A stretch of DNA of 64,000 bases, from contig NOWV01000253.1 of assembly GCA_003344405.1 (NCBI GenBank), forward strand, positions 1-64,000. The letters run 5' to 3'. Positions within the stretch are counted from its first letter, which is position 1. The number at the start of each line of letters is the position of its first letter. Origin of the DNA: Trichoplax sp. H2. Lineage: Eukaryota. Below, in pieces: positions 12,201-26,866 of this stretch. A model generated the notes under the pieces. That model made no database searches. It saw only the letters and a program-made list of their open reading frames with translations, and was not told the DNA's origin. A program made the position numbers and the translations under genes.

Positions 12201-14916
12201 TACCATCACAATGTGTAACGTAGGGGTATGGTAATATATTCTTTATTATATTAGAACAAAGGATCGATGTGACTATCTCGTAAGGGTCCAAGCAATTAAT
12301 ATGTTGTGCCAGCTATCAGTTAATAATGAAGGACACAGAAAATTTATTCAACAATATATGCTGCATTTACTTGAAATGGTATACTGTGTAGTATTTTATA
12401 TCTTTGGTGGAGTTTTACCGAACGTCGATGAATAATTATAAAGCCGATGTTAAAATAAACACTTTTAATTTTAGGATCAGAAAATGCACAACTCCAAGAA
12501 AAGATCATTTATTAATTCTCATGTACATTTCACAAGGTATCGGATATGGCAAACTGTTATGGTATTGGTCCCTTTTATTGATGAGGTACTATAATTATGT
12601 GATTAAGGAGTGATCAGCTTGCTTGTGATTAATATACATGGTTTATAATAAAATTTTTATATTAGAGCTATGCGGAAGTATTTCTCTGCAAGTCATTGAA
12701 ACTACTACACGGTCAAATTCAACCTTCAGTCCGACGTATGATTGAGTGGTCGGCGATTTTATTATTGCGTAATAGAAGTTTACATCATTTATTACAGGAC
12801 TATTACTCTACGGTATAGCAATAGTGACGATTATGTAACAAATTAACGCTAGATACCAAAATTTACTTAATACTGAGCTCTAAAACAAACTCAATCTTAA
12901 ACTTAAATTAGGCAAATACTGTAAGCAGCTTATGCTCATACCTTGGGATGATATTTCACGTCAGTCTTGCCGCATCTGAAGAACATCAGGTAAGTTATGT
13001 ATTTAAGTATGATGTAGTTTCCACCTTCAATGTTGTATTACATCACGAATATAACTAAGTAAATTTACTAGCATATAAAACGTTTGCGCGTACAAGTTTA
13101 ATCATTCGTAATCAACCTAGCTGTTATTGTATCCTATTTGAACAATCATTAAGGCATCTATCATCGAGAAAGCTTTACCACTGATTCTACCACTTGCTCT
13201 AGCGAATAATTTCGGAATTCGTTGTTTTGCACAAGCAGTTTTACAGAGAATCTGGCAAATTTGCTTGCAAAACAATTTAACGTTGATTCTAGAGCGCTTT
13301 TCCATGATCAAACTCTTATTTGCAGATAAAGAAAATAATTTAGGGTATATTGGTCAATAAATTAAATTGTATCCTATTATTTATATTTAAAGTTAGAAGT
13401 TAAAAATTTTAAATACTTCTATAATCTATAATGTGAAAGATATTCGTTTTACAACGTCATTTATGCGTAATTTTTCAGAGATTCTACTAAACAGCGTCAG
13501 AAAATCTTAGAAAATTTCTACTTTTCAACTTTCAATCCAATTGAACATTATAGCATTCAGGTATAAATAAACTTTATTTATATACATTCCCTTATTTTTG
13601 TACACAATGTTATACGATTCTACATTAGTATTGACTTGGAATTACAGACAATCTTTCAAACGCTTCCTCGGCTAACTTTGGTTTGCGATGACGAATGGAT
13701 ATCTCCAGAATCGTTTATGCAAGTTGATCCATCATTATGGAGTGGAGAACGACAAATAGCGATTTTTAATAGAGATTCTTCCCTTGAAGTTTGTCAACCA
13801 GGCAACTTTAAGACTAAAAACGCTGTGTCTAACGATTCCAAGATGACTAATGTATCAGATCTATCAGCAAATGTACAACAGAAAATCACTCCGTGGAAAA
13901 TATTTCCTACGGACGATGAAAGTTTACTTTCGAAACAACTTACTTTAAGCAACGGTAAAAGCCGAGAAGACGGTTTAATCGTAGTAGCCAGTTTAATAGA
14001 TAAAGCTGCCAACCTAGGAGGTAAGCTATGATGTGCTAATCTATACTATTTGAATTAAATAGATAACAGGATTATACTCTTCTAGTCAGAGACAATCGTA
14101 ATTTCTATAGTTTTACTTTTAGTTTATCGGTAACTAGATTAGATAACTTAGATGTATTTATGACATAAATCAATATTATCTAATAATATCTAAATCTTTT
14201 ATCTTATAAAAATCAGGATTATGCAGGACTTGTGAAATATTAGGAGTATCTCGGCTTGTAATAAGTAATAAAAATTTTATAGAAAATCGAGAATTTCAAA
14301 GTCTAAGTGTAACAGCTCATAAATGGATACCAATAGACGAGGTAGTGCGATATTTTGAAAGTACAGTAATGCCTTAACGCGATTTTAAAAATTTTAACAG
14401 TATCAGCACCGTGTGAGATTCGTACTAATTACATATGTGCAATTTACTAATATACTAATACATAATTTTTAATTTGTGAAGGTACGGGTGGAAGAATTAG
14501 AAGAATACTTAATAAGTATGAAACCGTTAGGCTACTCCGTTGTCGGGGTAGAACAAACTGCCAATAGCGCTGATTTAACGAAATATGACTTTGCTAAAAG
14601 ATCGATATTATTATTAGGGTAAGTAGAACAAAATAAGTTATCATTTTCATCATTCCATGATTTTTTGGGCGATCTATTACAAAATAACTACAGAATAAGT
14701 ACTATACATCGATTACAATTGATTTGGATAATTTCATTTGTTAAAAGTAACGAAAGAGAGGGTATACCGGTTCCGTTATTAAAAATGGTGGATGAATGCG
14801 TAGCAATACCTCAATTAGGAACGATACGATCATTTAATGTACACGTTACCGGAGCAGTTCTAATTTGGGAGTATAGCAAACAACATCATTTTTCTAACTC
14901 CTTCGAGATAAAATAA
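6229..14916 (+). CDS. TARBP1: TARBP1/TRM3-like tRNA (guanosine-18 2'-O)-methyltransferase, multi-exon; long helical N-terminus and C-terminal SpoU domain
   Basis: Spliced exons give TARBP1-type motifs: [85 protein letters not shown]...[20 protein letters not shown] (SPOUT motifs). Stop at 14914-14916. Start uncertain: first in-frame ATG is 6229, frame is open from about 6094. Confidence 0.9.
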
Positions 14917-16632
14917 GTCAGTAACGATGCTATTGATAGATATGCCTGTATATTGATTATGCTATTAATAAATAATATCAGGTGCTGCTTTTGTTATACA
15001 TATATTGTTCTTGATTGACATCGTAATGTGTTTAAAATGTATGATCCTGTATTATTGCCTTATAGTAAGATCATTCGCCAGATAAAGATCAATCTTTATT
15101 TCCGATGTACTTACTGTACGTATATATCTTATACTGTACAACTGTACATGCTATATACTTGTCACAAAATTAACTTGCGAACTACTACCCTAAACTAATA
15201 GATTACTTATTCCTATCTCCGCTACACCTGGAGATCTATCGTGTGATAGACTGATAGTCCTATACTACTTACGGTCACACAGGGATAAGACTGTTCTAAG
15301 AGTCTAGTATACTTTTTTTAGTAGAGTAGCCGAAACGCTTTCTAATCACGAACGAACAGAGGAGCTGAGCATTCACTCCTCGTTTTATACTCTACCACCA
15401 AACTTGTGGTGCACACATAGTAATTTAGCAACATAACATTTACAGGGTTCGTATAGGGAACAACCCTCAATAAACTATATAGTTTACTGTAGATACAACT
15501 AGTAAACAACTTTAATTGGCTATAACTAATAAATAGCCAATTAAACGAACGAGGGAGGCCAAGCATGCTACTCGCACGTTTCTCGCACTTCGCGGCGGGT
15601 GCTAAGGCGACGCCAATATCAGTATCTATAAAGATTATACTAATTAATTTCAGAACATGCTTACAGTACATCTTTGTAGTCTAACAAAACTATACACGAT
15701 TAATATTCATAATTACTGTTTACCGCGTAGAGTATAGCTAGCTACATAACTGAAATCTACCTAATTAGCATGTACGGTGATTTGCTTCGCAACAATACTG
15801 TACAGTGTACATGGGACTGATTCATCTACCTGTAGGAATTTAAAAATATGTTTAATTAAAACAAATGAAATATTCGTATGCACCATTTTACTAAGTTAAA
15901 TGTGTGGCTAAACTGCCGTTAGTTCTTGCTTGTTGGTCCAAATCTGATCTATCATAAATTAATGTACAGCTCGGTCAACGAATCTAATCTAATTTCAAAG
16001 AAGCAGCAGAACACTAATCAACTATGTATTTCTTTTTTGTAATTATAATAAGGTACTATTTCCAGCCCTACTCTGAAATAGTCACTCAATAATTCGTCTC
16101 ATAATGGTTAAAAGGAGTTTATTACTTCAAATTATTGCTAAATACTACAGTACTAAACTTGTTAGACTACCTAACTACACTCAGCTAGCTCTTAAGGCTA
16201 CGTCTATCGTCTCTAAAACTATCCATTAACAGAATACGACTATCTTTACGCCTAATTGTAATCTTTGGCACCACTAGTCTACTCAGGTCTAGCGCCGTTA
16301 TCTAACTTATGATTACCAGTGGTCTCACTATAGAATCTATTTTCCTAAAGTAATCATATGAACGAAATTATCAAAATCAAGTTACAACACCCTAGAACAT
16401 TCCGTAAATGAAACCATACCGCATTCTAGCGTTAGCTTTCTAGAAGCGTGATTTTGTAGCAACATCTTAACTATATTGAGGAAGGATCCATAAATCAAAG
16501 ATACCTAATTATCCTTCAGCAGTTCTAGTTAACAAATTTGAATTATCAATTAACTCATCCAAATAATTTCGTGTATTCGGTAGTAATTCATTAGATTTAG
16601 AATTTATACATGAATGGAAATGATGAATCGAT

Positions 16633-17030
16633 GATTTCAGAATAGAAAAAGCGTCAGATCTTTTATTCAACTGGTGTCAATAGAAACCTTAGGGGGAGTG
16701 TGCTTAAAATTAAGCTTTAATAGAGATATCTTGATTCGAGGATTTCAGAAAAGAAAAGTATTTGATCATTTATTCAATCAGTGTCAATAGAAATCTATAG
16801 GAGTAGGCTTGATATTAAGCTTTCATAGAGATATCTTGGATCGAGAATTTCAGAATAGAAACGTATTAACAGTACATCATTTATTCAAGCCGTGTCAATA
16901 GAAATCTGAAGGAGTAAGCTTGAAATTAAGCCTTCATGGAGATATCTTGAATCGAGAATTTCAGAATAGGAAAGTATTAAATCATTCATTCAACCAGTGT
17001 TATCGGTAAGCTAATGGAGTAGGCTTGAAT
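16633..17030. repeat. Tandem repeat, ~105-110-bp unit, about 3.7 copies
   Basis: Units begin (G/A)ATTTCAGAA(T/A)AG at about 16633, 16741, 16847 and 16957, sharing TTATTCAA..GTGTCAATAGAAA..GGAGTAGGCTTGA..TTAAGCTTT..GAGATATCTTG. Confidence 0.9.
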
Positions 17031-17743
17031 TTGCGAACAATTAATTGACGTCAAGAAATACGAGTGAACAAGCATTTACATCTTCTGAAATGCTGATTAA
17101 TATCAATCGTAATTACTAATTGGGATAAACTATTTATAATGGAATGCTCATGAGAAGAATAGGACCTGGACTCTATTCATTGGACTCTATTCATGATCGA
17201 ACAATTAATTCGGGGCGCCCGAGATTTATTTGTTACTTTTTGTGTTGTAGTAGCTAACCTACAACGAATAGCAAGCTATGGACTGACTACTGTGTAACGT
17301 ACACCAATAGGACACTAGCAGAAGATTAAAAACTCTTCACTATCGTTTCAGCCCTATAAATATGCTCTTAGTATGAGAAGAATTTTACTTGTGGCGAAGT
17401 GAATTCCCGTTGGCTATGATCGTTACTACCTGTAGATAGCTACCATAAATAGTATTGGAAAGCATCATCATCAAATACTCGAAACTATTTGACTTATAGT
17501 TTTATCGTTTGGACTCTTAAGCTTCAGTTACCGGTACTGTTACATCGCCGTCTCATTCTATTAAAACTTTTCAAAAATATCTCTATACTTTAAGGATGTA
17601 CACTTAGCTTCGTAGACTATCATTTTGTACACATTTAATGTCGACATTTCAACACCGTAGTTAAGAAATTATTAATCTAGTTTGGTAGCCGATATTCTTC
17701 TAAGGTAACATTCAATCTGTATTTACAGTTTACAAATAACAAA

Positions 17744-20700
17744 ATGGATATCAAGAAACCAAGATTTACTATTGGCATTAAATTACTCCTTTTAATTTTA
17801 ATGGTTACCCATATCGCTGATATGAAAGTCACTACTTCTACGGAGAGTTATCATTATCCTAACCCTACGAATGAACAACTAATGCAATCGTTAGAAGGAT
17901 TTGTTCAATACTTTGAAAACAACTATAAATCTTTCATATTTGGTGCTTATTATGGGCTAGTTCGATGTGGAGGTGTTATTTTTAAAAATTTAGATTAACA
18001 GTTAAACAAAAGTTGCGCGTTATGTTATTGTAGGAAGGAAGTTCAGTGTTTTAATTTTAAGAGTTACAACAGCCGTAAGTTTACTCAGGGACTTCTATGA
18101 GAAGTCTCTGATTTACTCTTTTCTAGCAGTCTTTAATACGTATTATGGACAACATTATCGTCATTTACGTATCGAGATGAACATAGAAGTGAATATTTTT
18201 ATCGCTAAATATCGAAAGAACTCAATACAGTAACGGCATGGAGCTAGTCAATATATGATTATACTTTAGTTACTACATCAAGTTTTTGCTATTGCGTGTG
18301 AAACATATCAACTATTCTGTATGAACGATTACAATCATCGTAGAGTGGTACTATTCCCTACGGAGTTTTAAATCTATAGAAGATCTTGCGAATGTACGCG
18401 TATGTGTTAGGTTATAATAAAGAAGAAAGAGCTGGAAAAGTAGTTGTTCACTTTCAGCTTTCCTGTACGATTTCTACATTAGTTAGTTACTGTAGATAGA
18501 TTTTAATCATCACCAGTTTACTTTTAACTTAATCAGTGAAATAGCATGTAATACAGTATATAAGGTGCTGACCTAGGTATTTCTAATGAACTCCGTAACT
18601 ACTGTACTGTACTGTATACAGATATATTACACAAACTGTTAGCAACTGAATTCACGCACAGATTAATCAATAGCAAATGCCTTATTACTAAATCAGTAAA
18701 ACGTTTTATAATTCGTAACCATTCTGCCTTGACCATTTCTTATTGCCTTAATTAACCGCAGCATATACGTATATACGAGTATCTTTATGTTTATAAAGTC
18801 ATCAGTCTGTATCGTGCTTTGATGATTGTAGAAGTAGTCTTTTAGTAACAATCTATAGACAGAAATCGATTCCAAAACAATAAAATAAACTTCAGAAGAC
18901 AACAGTAACTAACGTATTGAAATGAAATTTACGTTACGAAAGTTGGAAATAAGAAAAATGAATTAAGTCAATCAGGCCGATATTAGATTGAAGTATTTTG
19001 TCTGTTTAGCCTTAAAAAAATAAAGCATTTGATTAAGTAAACCATATTTAGATCATTCTGTTTTCGGGTGATTATACTTTATTATCTTTCATTCATATTT
19101 TATTTCTTCTACTATATTAGTCGATCTTGCACACCTATTATTAATGATTAACTTACGGGCGATTTTATTCAATTTCATTTTTCTTTTTCAAGAATACGTA
19201 AAAGCAACTCTTGACGACTACTATCGCGGATTATCTATTCTAAATGTTCAACAACTTAATCGTATAAAACAAATCCATAAAAGAATTATTGATGTATCGA
19301 AGAAAATTCAACCAATTTTGGCTAAGAACTCACAGTCCTATCGCCAGCTTCATAAATTGACACAAACTCCAATTACAGTGCCAGAAGGACTCGTTAGTCT
19401 AAATTTTACAGAACTTCATCATGTTGTACTCCACGACGGCTCGCCCGAATCTAAAAATTGGGAGAACATTTCGGATTCATATTTGCATATGATTTCAGGT
19501 TCAGGAAATTATCAAGTGTGCACAATTACAAGTAAGCTGATAATTATTATTAAATATTAATTACGTCATTTCTTCTTCTTCTATTTTCCGTCAGTCTAAA
19601 TATAAAATATCAATATCAATTAGTTTCATCAACCTTAAATTATATGTAAACTCAATTTGACTTCTCTTTATTAACGAAGATACCAGTTGGGCAGACATAA
19701 CCAATTATCATACTGACGGCTATATCATTACCCATCAAATGTTAAATATTCTCACTGGTCAGCAATTTAACTGCACTGAGAAAATGGATAAGCTAGCTAA
19801 AGACTTAGGAGGAATCAAAAAAGTGACAGAAGTACTATGCACTCAAATTTATAATGAGATGCAGCAAGAACTAAAGAAAAGCTTAGCATTTGTCCCGCTA
19901 CAAGATTTATTTTTAGAGCAAATGTATACGTGCGGAGCTTGGGGCGGTTACCGAGAATTTCTGAACATGGAATATTTATCTATGTTTTTAAATTGGCAAA
20001 CTACAGCAGGATGTATTGCAGCCTATTATGGTCCATTCGTTAGTTTACATCCCAATATGACTAAAGAGTATGTTATTGCCTTGAAATAACTAACAGCATC
20101 ATCATTTGCGATAGATTATATTAATTTCGCATACCAGTATCCATACTTAATGCAGACTTTATTTCATATAAATTAATGTTCGATAACTATTAAACGTCGG
20201 CAATGAATCATTTGTTATTCGTATTTTCTATAGCTATACTGAAGATGATAGCCGGTATTTATTTGCGTCTGATCAGCTACTAATAGACAAGACTATAACA
20301 GGTAGAAATTAACTTCTAATCAATTGTAATATTTTAATTCAGATGTACAATCACTGTAAGATCACATGCATATTCGTTTAGATTAGAGTGATTAGCTTAA
20401 AAAGTAAATGCAATTTCATGATATTTTAGATTTTTTTCCTTTAGATCAATTTAACTATTAACTTTAAAAGTAGAATCTTTGATAAATATACCATCATGAT
20501 AGTGATATATTATTGGATACCTTGTAAACCTATCAAGTTCATAGAATAGGTTGCTTATCCTAGCTAACTTTATATCGTGTTGTAACATGAGAAGCAATTG
20601 ATAGCTCATTTTATTATTTTAATCTTGAATGAAAGTGCCTAAAATGAAATTTATTGATTAATGTTGCAGTAATTGTGTTAATTTACCTTCAAAAATTATA

Positions 20701-20976
20701 GGTGATTGCGATCAACATACTACGGCTATAGGAATGAGTCTAGTAGCCGCATTCTTACATTTAGGTTCTCTTAAAAATCAACCGTTATACTTACACACAC
20801 CGAAGACTTCGGCGATTCCAGCTCATAACAGGACGTATCTAACATTTATTATACTTGGTGTTATTATTGGTATAATAGTTATCATTGTAATGCTTATGGT
20901 ATTTTTAAAGGTGTACTCCCGTTATTCCCTTCGTAACAAAGAGTACGCTTATCAAAAAGTGAAGAATAAAGAATAA
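17744..20976 (+). CDS. C16orf89/UPF0764 (DUF4735)-like type I membrane protein, paralog 1
   Basis: Exons 17744-17972, 19193-19531, 19680-20067, 20234-20301, 20702-20976 (GT-AG, phases 1,1,2,1). Signal peptide; YIITHQ; QDLFLEQMYTCG; WQTTAGC; GDCDQH; TM helix; tail ending EYAYQKVKNKE. Confidence 0.85.
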
Positions 20977-23206
20977 ATATTTCATGTAAAGAAATAAAGA
21001 GCTAGATACAATGTACGGTACTAGTCTTCTATATCAAAATTATGCCTACTACTGTCTTGATAAATTGATTGTAATATCTTTTTTTTAACGAAAAGTAACA
21101 CATGCACAAGAAATAACTTGTTCGGTCGAATTTCGTCTTCTATAATTTCCAATTTAATAACCATCTGTATAATAAACTGACGAGACGAAGTAAATTTATA
21201 GTTTTATAATTATTAGACCTAAATACGCTTAAACTCGGTAATAACGTGCTTTCTAAATATCGTAATTAATCTAGGTAGTATCTCGATAAACAAAGCGAAT
21301 TTTATATTAGTGCATATAAAATGTTACAATAGCAATTAACTTAATCATCTCTCTTTTAATTTATTATATGAATTGCTGATATGTCATTCGAATATTGTAT
21401 TTTCAATTGTGTTCTTAAGTTATATCTTTTATTAATATGTAGTTATAGTGCTTCGTTTGTAACGATAAATTTCATCAAAATCGCGTTAGAAGTAAATTTC
21501 ACATGATTTATATACACGAATGTGAGGTATTTGCCTCTGGGTTCCCTGGTTGGCATATACTTCAAGCAAATATTTGAGTATTATTTAATCATGTATTATT
21601 TTTCAATAAAATTTATGCACTACTGATGTTTACTAAGTAGGAATTCAATTCAACTGAAAAGGAAAAGTAAGCAATCTAATATTGAGACTCTAGCTATATA
21701 GAGAACTATCTACGCATAAAACAAGTTATTATCGTTATCTAAATTTAGATTTTATAGCAGCAATAAATAATTAAAAGCTTCTCTTACATTATCGTGCATC
21801 TCCAAAGTCTCTTATCTAAATTAATATTTCGGGTCTCAATATCGAATATGTAATTACACCCATAATATCAAAGCATACTAATAACAGCTTCTACTCTAAA
21901 ATTAATATTAATAACCAACGCCACCAAGTACATAGGGACTTTTTTAGTCATTGATTTCCCATGGTTAATAATAATCTAGTAACTTTAATATTTTGTAAAA
22001 TCAGAATTAAACAAAATTATGTACATTGAGGGTATCTCGAATGAAAACTTTAGAGTAAGAATTATTCCACTAGTATCAAAGTACCTCATCTACAGTAGTC
22101 TTGGAGTCAATGGTACCTATATAACCAACATTAAAATATAATGTACGAATGCAGTAATATTGCACGATACTATTTTACACAGCAATATCAAGTGTAACAT
22201 GGCATAGTACGGTGTCTTCGGCTAAATGCAGCTCGTTAGCAAAAATCAAATCTGTACTATCATGTTATCTAGTAGCTACTGTACGAAATCATTGCTGGGC
22301 AAGATAAACAAGATTGTCCTTAACATGAAGGATGATTAATAAGACGAATGAGATGATAAAAGTATGCATTATCAGAAGCGCCATAGTTTGAGTCTGAAGA
22401 GGTTATAAGTTACTATGTTATAGTTGAGTGTACAGGAGTTGACTAGTATATCGAAAAAATAATTATGATCCATTAATATCTAATGAATATGCTAATGTAA
22501 ATCGATCGTTTAAGCTATTATATACAGGATTATCATAGAAACAATAAAAGCCTTAGTAATGTCGGAAATGGGACAATGAAATACTTGTCTATAAGAATAA
22601 TTAAAATTTGGACTATATTCATCGTTGAGTAGGGTAATTAAACTAAAGGCCCCCTTGGGGCTAATTCGTCATAAATCACGTCATTGTAGAAAAATCTCAC
22701 TGTGATACGAAGAGATGAAGTGATTGTTAAAAAATATTCATTAAATAATACTGTCTTATTCTTGTCTACTTCAATAGCCAGATGTAAGGCTCTCCATTGG
22801 TATCTAGAAATAGCCCTTTTAGTGTAACAGCAGTTTTGTATACGGCGAACTTCGATTAATACTAATCGGCGCTACCTGTAGATAGTCTTTCCTATTAGTC
22901 TATTTTAACCTTTTACTATCCCCGTATTACCAGTAAAGTGCTCTAAATCAATTAAAATATACATTCTTTCATATAGCAGTATTAGTTTGTAGTTCGATAG
23001 TTTATAGATGTGAAAGTTAAGTCGCAGTCACTAAAATTATCCTACTAGTCTCTCATTTAGGTAAACCATAACGATAGCTTATCGTGTAATCATCTTCTAT
23101 ACGTTCAAGTTTGATATACAACGTAATATTAAAGAAACATATTGATATAATTCACTAAGTGCTATTCATAGGAGATAATTTAATTCTGTGTGACACAAAA
23201 AATAAA

Positions 23207-26200
23207 ATGGATGTCAAGAAATTGAGATTGACTTCCACCATAAAGTTATTTTTCTTAATTTTTATGATTGTCGATCTCATTGATATCGAAGCTACTACTT
23301 CTACTAGCAGCTATCACTACCCTGTAGTTACCAATAACCAGATGATTAAATCTTTGGAAGGAATAATTCAATACTACGAAAATAATTATCAACATATCAT
23401 ACTTGATGGATATTTTGGATTTACTGGAAGTAAAGGTATTCTTTTCCGATGTCTAGATCGATATTATTAATAGCCAGTAGCATTCTAGTCGTAAACGTGT
23501 GATTTGACGAAAATGGGGGATTTCAGACTATAACAGTACTAGATTTTTTTCTTTCTTACGATATTACATAATATTATATCATAGAATATACTATATTAAT
23601 GATTATTATTACTCATAAATCTCAACTTATACAGGAATTGATATTTTTATCTTCTGCTAAATATTTATTATAAGCAAAGTTGTCAAGTTAATGTGATACT
23701 CAGTTATAATTATTAGGTTTATTTATATTGTGATCATAATATAGTGCAACTACAGCATACAGAGTACAATCGACACGATTGTAAAAGTATTCTCTACGGA
23801 CCGCAAAACAAGTTTTAATTCTATAGGGAGTGATTAAAAACTTTAGATTAGACTATATTACATGATATTATTTGTACAAATCTTCTTTAGCCTACAATAG
23901 TAGAAATAACACAGAATATAGTTGCTCAGGGTCAATTCCTTTTCTATCATGGGAATGATAGAATCACTAATACTGTAAAGAAGAATTGACGATTATCAAT
24001 TTACTTATACCTTGATCGGTGAAGAAAGGCGTTATATACGGTCTTATGTTAAGTACTTCTTATTCTATCGATAACTGAAGTAATAAATTCCGCTATATAT
24101 CAGCACTGCACATTTGTACAGCTTTCTGCCTCTAAACTCATCGATCAGTGTAATGATACATTCGATTGATGATCTTAGTGAATATTAAAAAAAAGTGCAA
24201 GACGATAAATTACTGACTGGGCATAAAGTTTCGAATAATTCTAAAATAGCCTAGATTATAACGTAATGTATCACTAGCATATATCCGAGATAGACATGGA
24301 GAACTGAACTAGTCATAAAACTATAAAATATCATTTTATCATTCCTTGATTTACTGTACATTACAAATTTAAAATTATTTGAAGTTTTCATGCACAGAAA
24401 TAGCCTCTCAATAAATTTACCTGTTAAGATATTAATTAAAGTACTGTAATTTGCTCTTTGTGACGTATTTTTGAATAATATAGAAGTAAATCTTTAGCAA
24501 TAGTTCAAAGTCTAGCCGTTATAGGTACTTTGAGAATAATTTAGAATCACAACCTTAATTGCTTATACTAAAACATAGAAATTTCGTTCGTTTATTTATG
24601 TTATAATCGATTATAATAAAAGGTTAAGATAGCTCATTTAACTCGTATATTCTTACAATAAAATATAACACTTAAATATTAAATTATCAAAAATTACATT
24701 ACAATATACTGAAAAAAGTTGCAGCGTATTTTGTTATGTTTTATATCATGATACTTTAGCTATTAAAGTCTATCTTACATCAAGTAATTTGATTAAATTT
24801 GATTTTATTTACTCAAGGTTTTATTCGAGCGACCATTAAGAATTACCATGATGGATTATCTACTTTAAATACTCAGCAAATTAATCGTGTACAACAAATC
24901 TATCAGAGAATTATTGCTGTTTCAAAACGGATTGAACCTATATTGGCAAATAACTCTATGGCATACAACACAATTGGTAAAATAGTACAAGGGTCACTTC
25001 CAGTACCGAAACGATTGGTTAAGCTGAATTTTACTAAACTTTACAATGTCAGCAGTGACGAAATTTTATCTCCAAAATCGGGCTATATGAATATTTCAGA
25101 TTGGTGTATAGGAAATATCATAGGCTCAAAAGCTCTCCATGTAGCACCGTGCACAATTAGTGGTAAGTTCTTGATTTTATTATAGATTCAATATTACAAA
25201 TTCAATACTACTGTAGTTACGTTATATATACGTGACATATATAACGTATTTTTGCGGTTTGTTGATTTTAATTCTTAATTTTATTGTAGATTCAATGTTA
25301 TAAATTCAACACAGATATAGTTACATTATACATAGATAAAATATTTTGGCCGTTTGTTGAATTTTATTTTTGATTTTACTACAGATTCAATATTATAAGT
25401 TCAATACAGATAGAGTTACATTATACATGCGTGACATATTTTTGCCATTTATTGATTTTCGTTGATTGCCATTACTTGCAACCTGTATATATGTACAATC
25501 CAAATTCAATTGGTTTTTTTCCATTGCTGAAAGATACTTGCTGGACAGGCATTACCAACTACCATGGAGGTTATTATGGAATCACACATCAATTGATAAC
25601 TATTCTCAATGGCCAGCGATTGAATTGCACAGAGAAAATGAATAAATTAGCTAAAAACTTAGGAGGAATTCAAAAAGTAAAAGAAGTACTATGTACTCAA
25701 ATTTATTATCAAATGCAGAAAGAATTAAAGAAAGGATTGAAGAATATCCAGATGCAGGATCTATTTCTAGAACAAATTTTTGTATGTGGAGGCTGGATTG
25801 GCTATCAACAATTTCTGAAAGCACAATATTTATCGATGATGTTAAAATGGCAAACTAAAGCAGGCTGCTTTATACCATATTATGGTCCATTTATTAGTTT
25901 GCACCCCAAATTCAATAAAAAGTATGTTGCTACCGTATTAAAATAGCTAATACTATCACACTAGCCATAAATTATATCGAATTAAAGTAGGGATGATTAC
26001 TATAAATTTTCAATCATAAGAACTAACATATGTCAAGTATTAAAAACTTATAACGAGTCCTTTATTATATAATGTTACATAGTTATACTCGAGATGGCAG
26101 CCAATATTCTTCTGCAACTGATCAACTACGAACAAATCTGATTACACCAGGTAAAATTAGACTAGGAAAATTACAGCTTTTTCTCTTTAACTATCGATAT

Positions 26201-26866
26201 GTAACGCGTTTAAATTAGTATTATCTATGAAAATTTCTGTAGAATTGAATTGCGAGTTTTGTAATTAAATTTTCATGATATTATAGCTTTTGTTTAGATT
26301 TACTATAGTTATTATTTGTGCTATTTAACTGATTTGCTTAGCATATCAGCACGCTGGCCATTTTAAATAATACTAGATCTTGTATAACATCCTTCAACCC
26401 CACTAAATAGAGTATATTATGAATTAGGCAGGCATATCGCTAGTAATTGCATATGATCATTTAGTATTAATATTAGGAGCCATAAATTTTATATTGTTAG
26501 CACAATATGCTATAGAAAGATATCTTAAATTAGTATTGTAAATGATTATGTTTCTTCCTTTCAAAAATTCTAGATGGTTGTTATGAACATAGAACTTCAG
26601 TAGCTTTGATTGATGTATCGATATATTTATATTGGAATTCGCATAAAAAGCAATCATTGCATTTATCAACTATGACTACATTGACATCGACATCAATATC
26701 GACAGATACAAGTAGTAGGAGGCTATTTCTAGCATTTACTGTATTTGGAATCATTGCAATTGGATTAGCGGTCATTATGGTCTTCGTTATTATTTTAACC
26801 ATGTACTATATATGTCCCTTTCGTGGTAAAGCCTATCCTTATCATAAACTTAACTATGAAGAATAA
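23207..26866 (+). CDS. C16orf89/UPF0764 (DUF4735)-like type I membrane protein, paralog 2
   Basis: Exons 23207-23435, 24818-25162, 25534-25921, 26083-26150, 26574-26866. SDWC, YGITHQL, QDLFLEQIFVCG, WQTKAGCF, DGCYEH; S/T-rich stalk; TM; tail ending YPYHKLNYEE. Confidence 0.85.
25185..25455. repeat. Intronic ~100-bp tandem triplication (paralog 2, intron 2)
   Basis: GATTCAAT(A/G)TTA(C/T)AA(A/G)TTCAA...GTTAC(G/A)TTATA recurs at about 25185, 25289 and 25384. Confidence 0.75.

Noticed and set aside
15219..15232. 14-nt match to bacterial 16S rRNA (CCGCTACACCTGGA)
   Set aside because: Flanks do not continue the 16S alignment; probably chance.
15250..15340. Hammerhead ribozyme or group I intron (CTGATAG...CGAAAC; ATAGTCC)
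   Set aside because: No CTGANGA core with a closing stem II, and the P/Q/R elements are missing.
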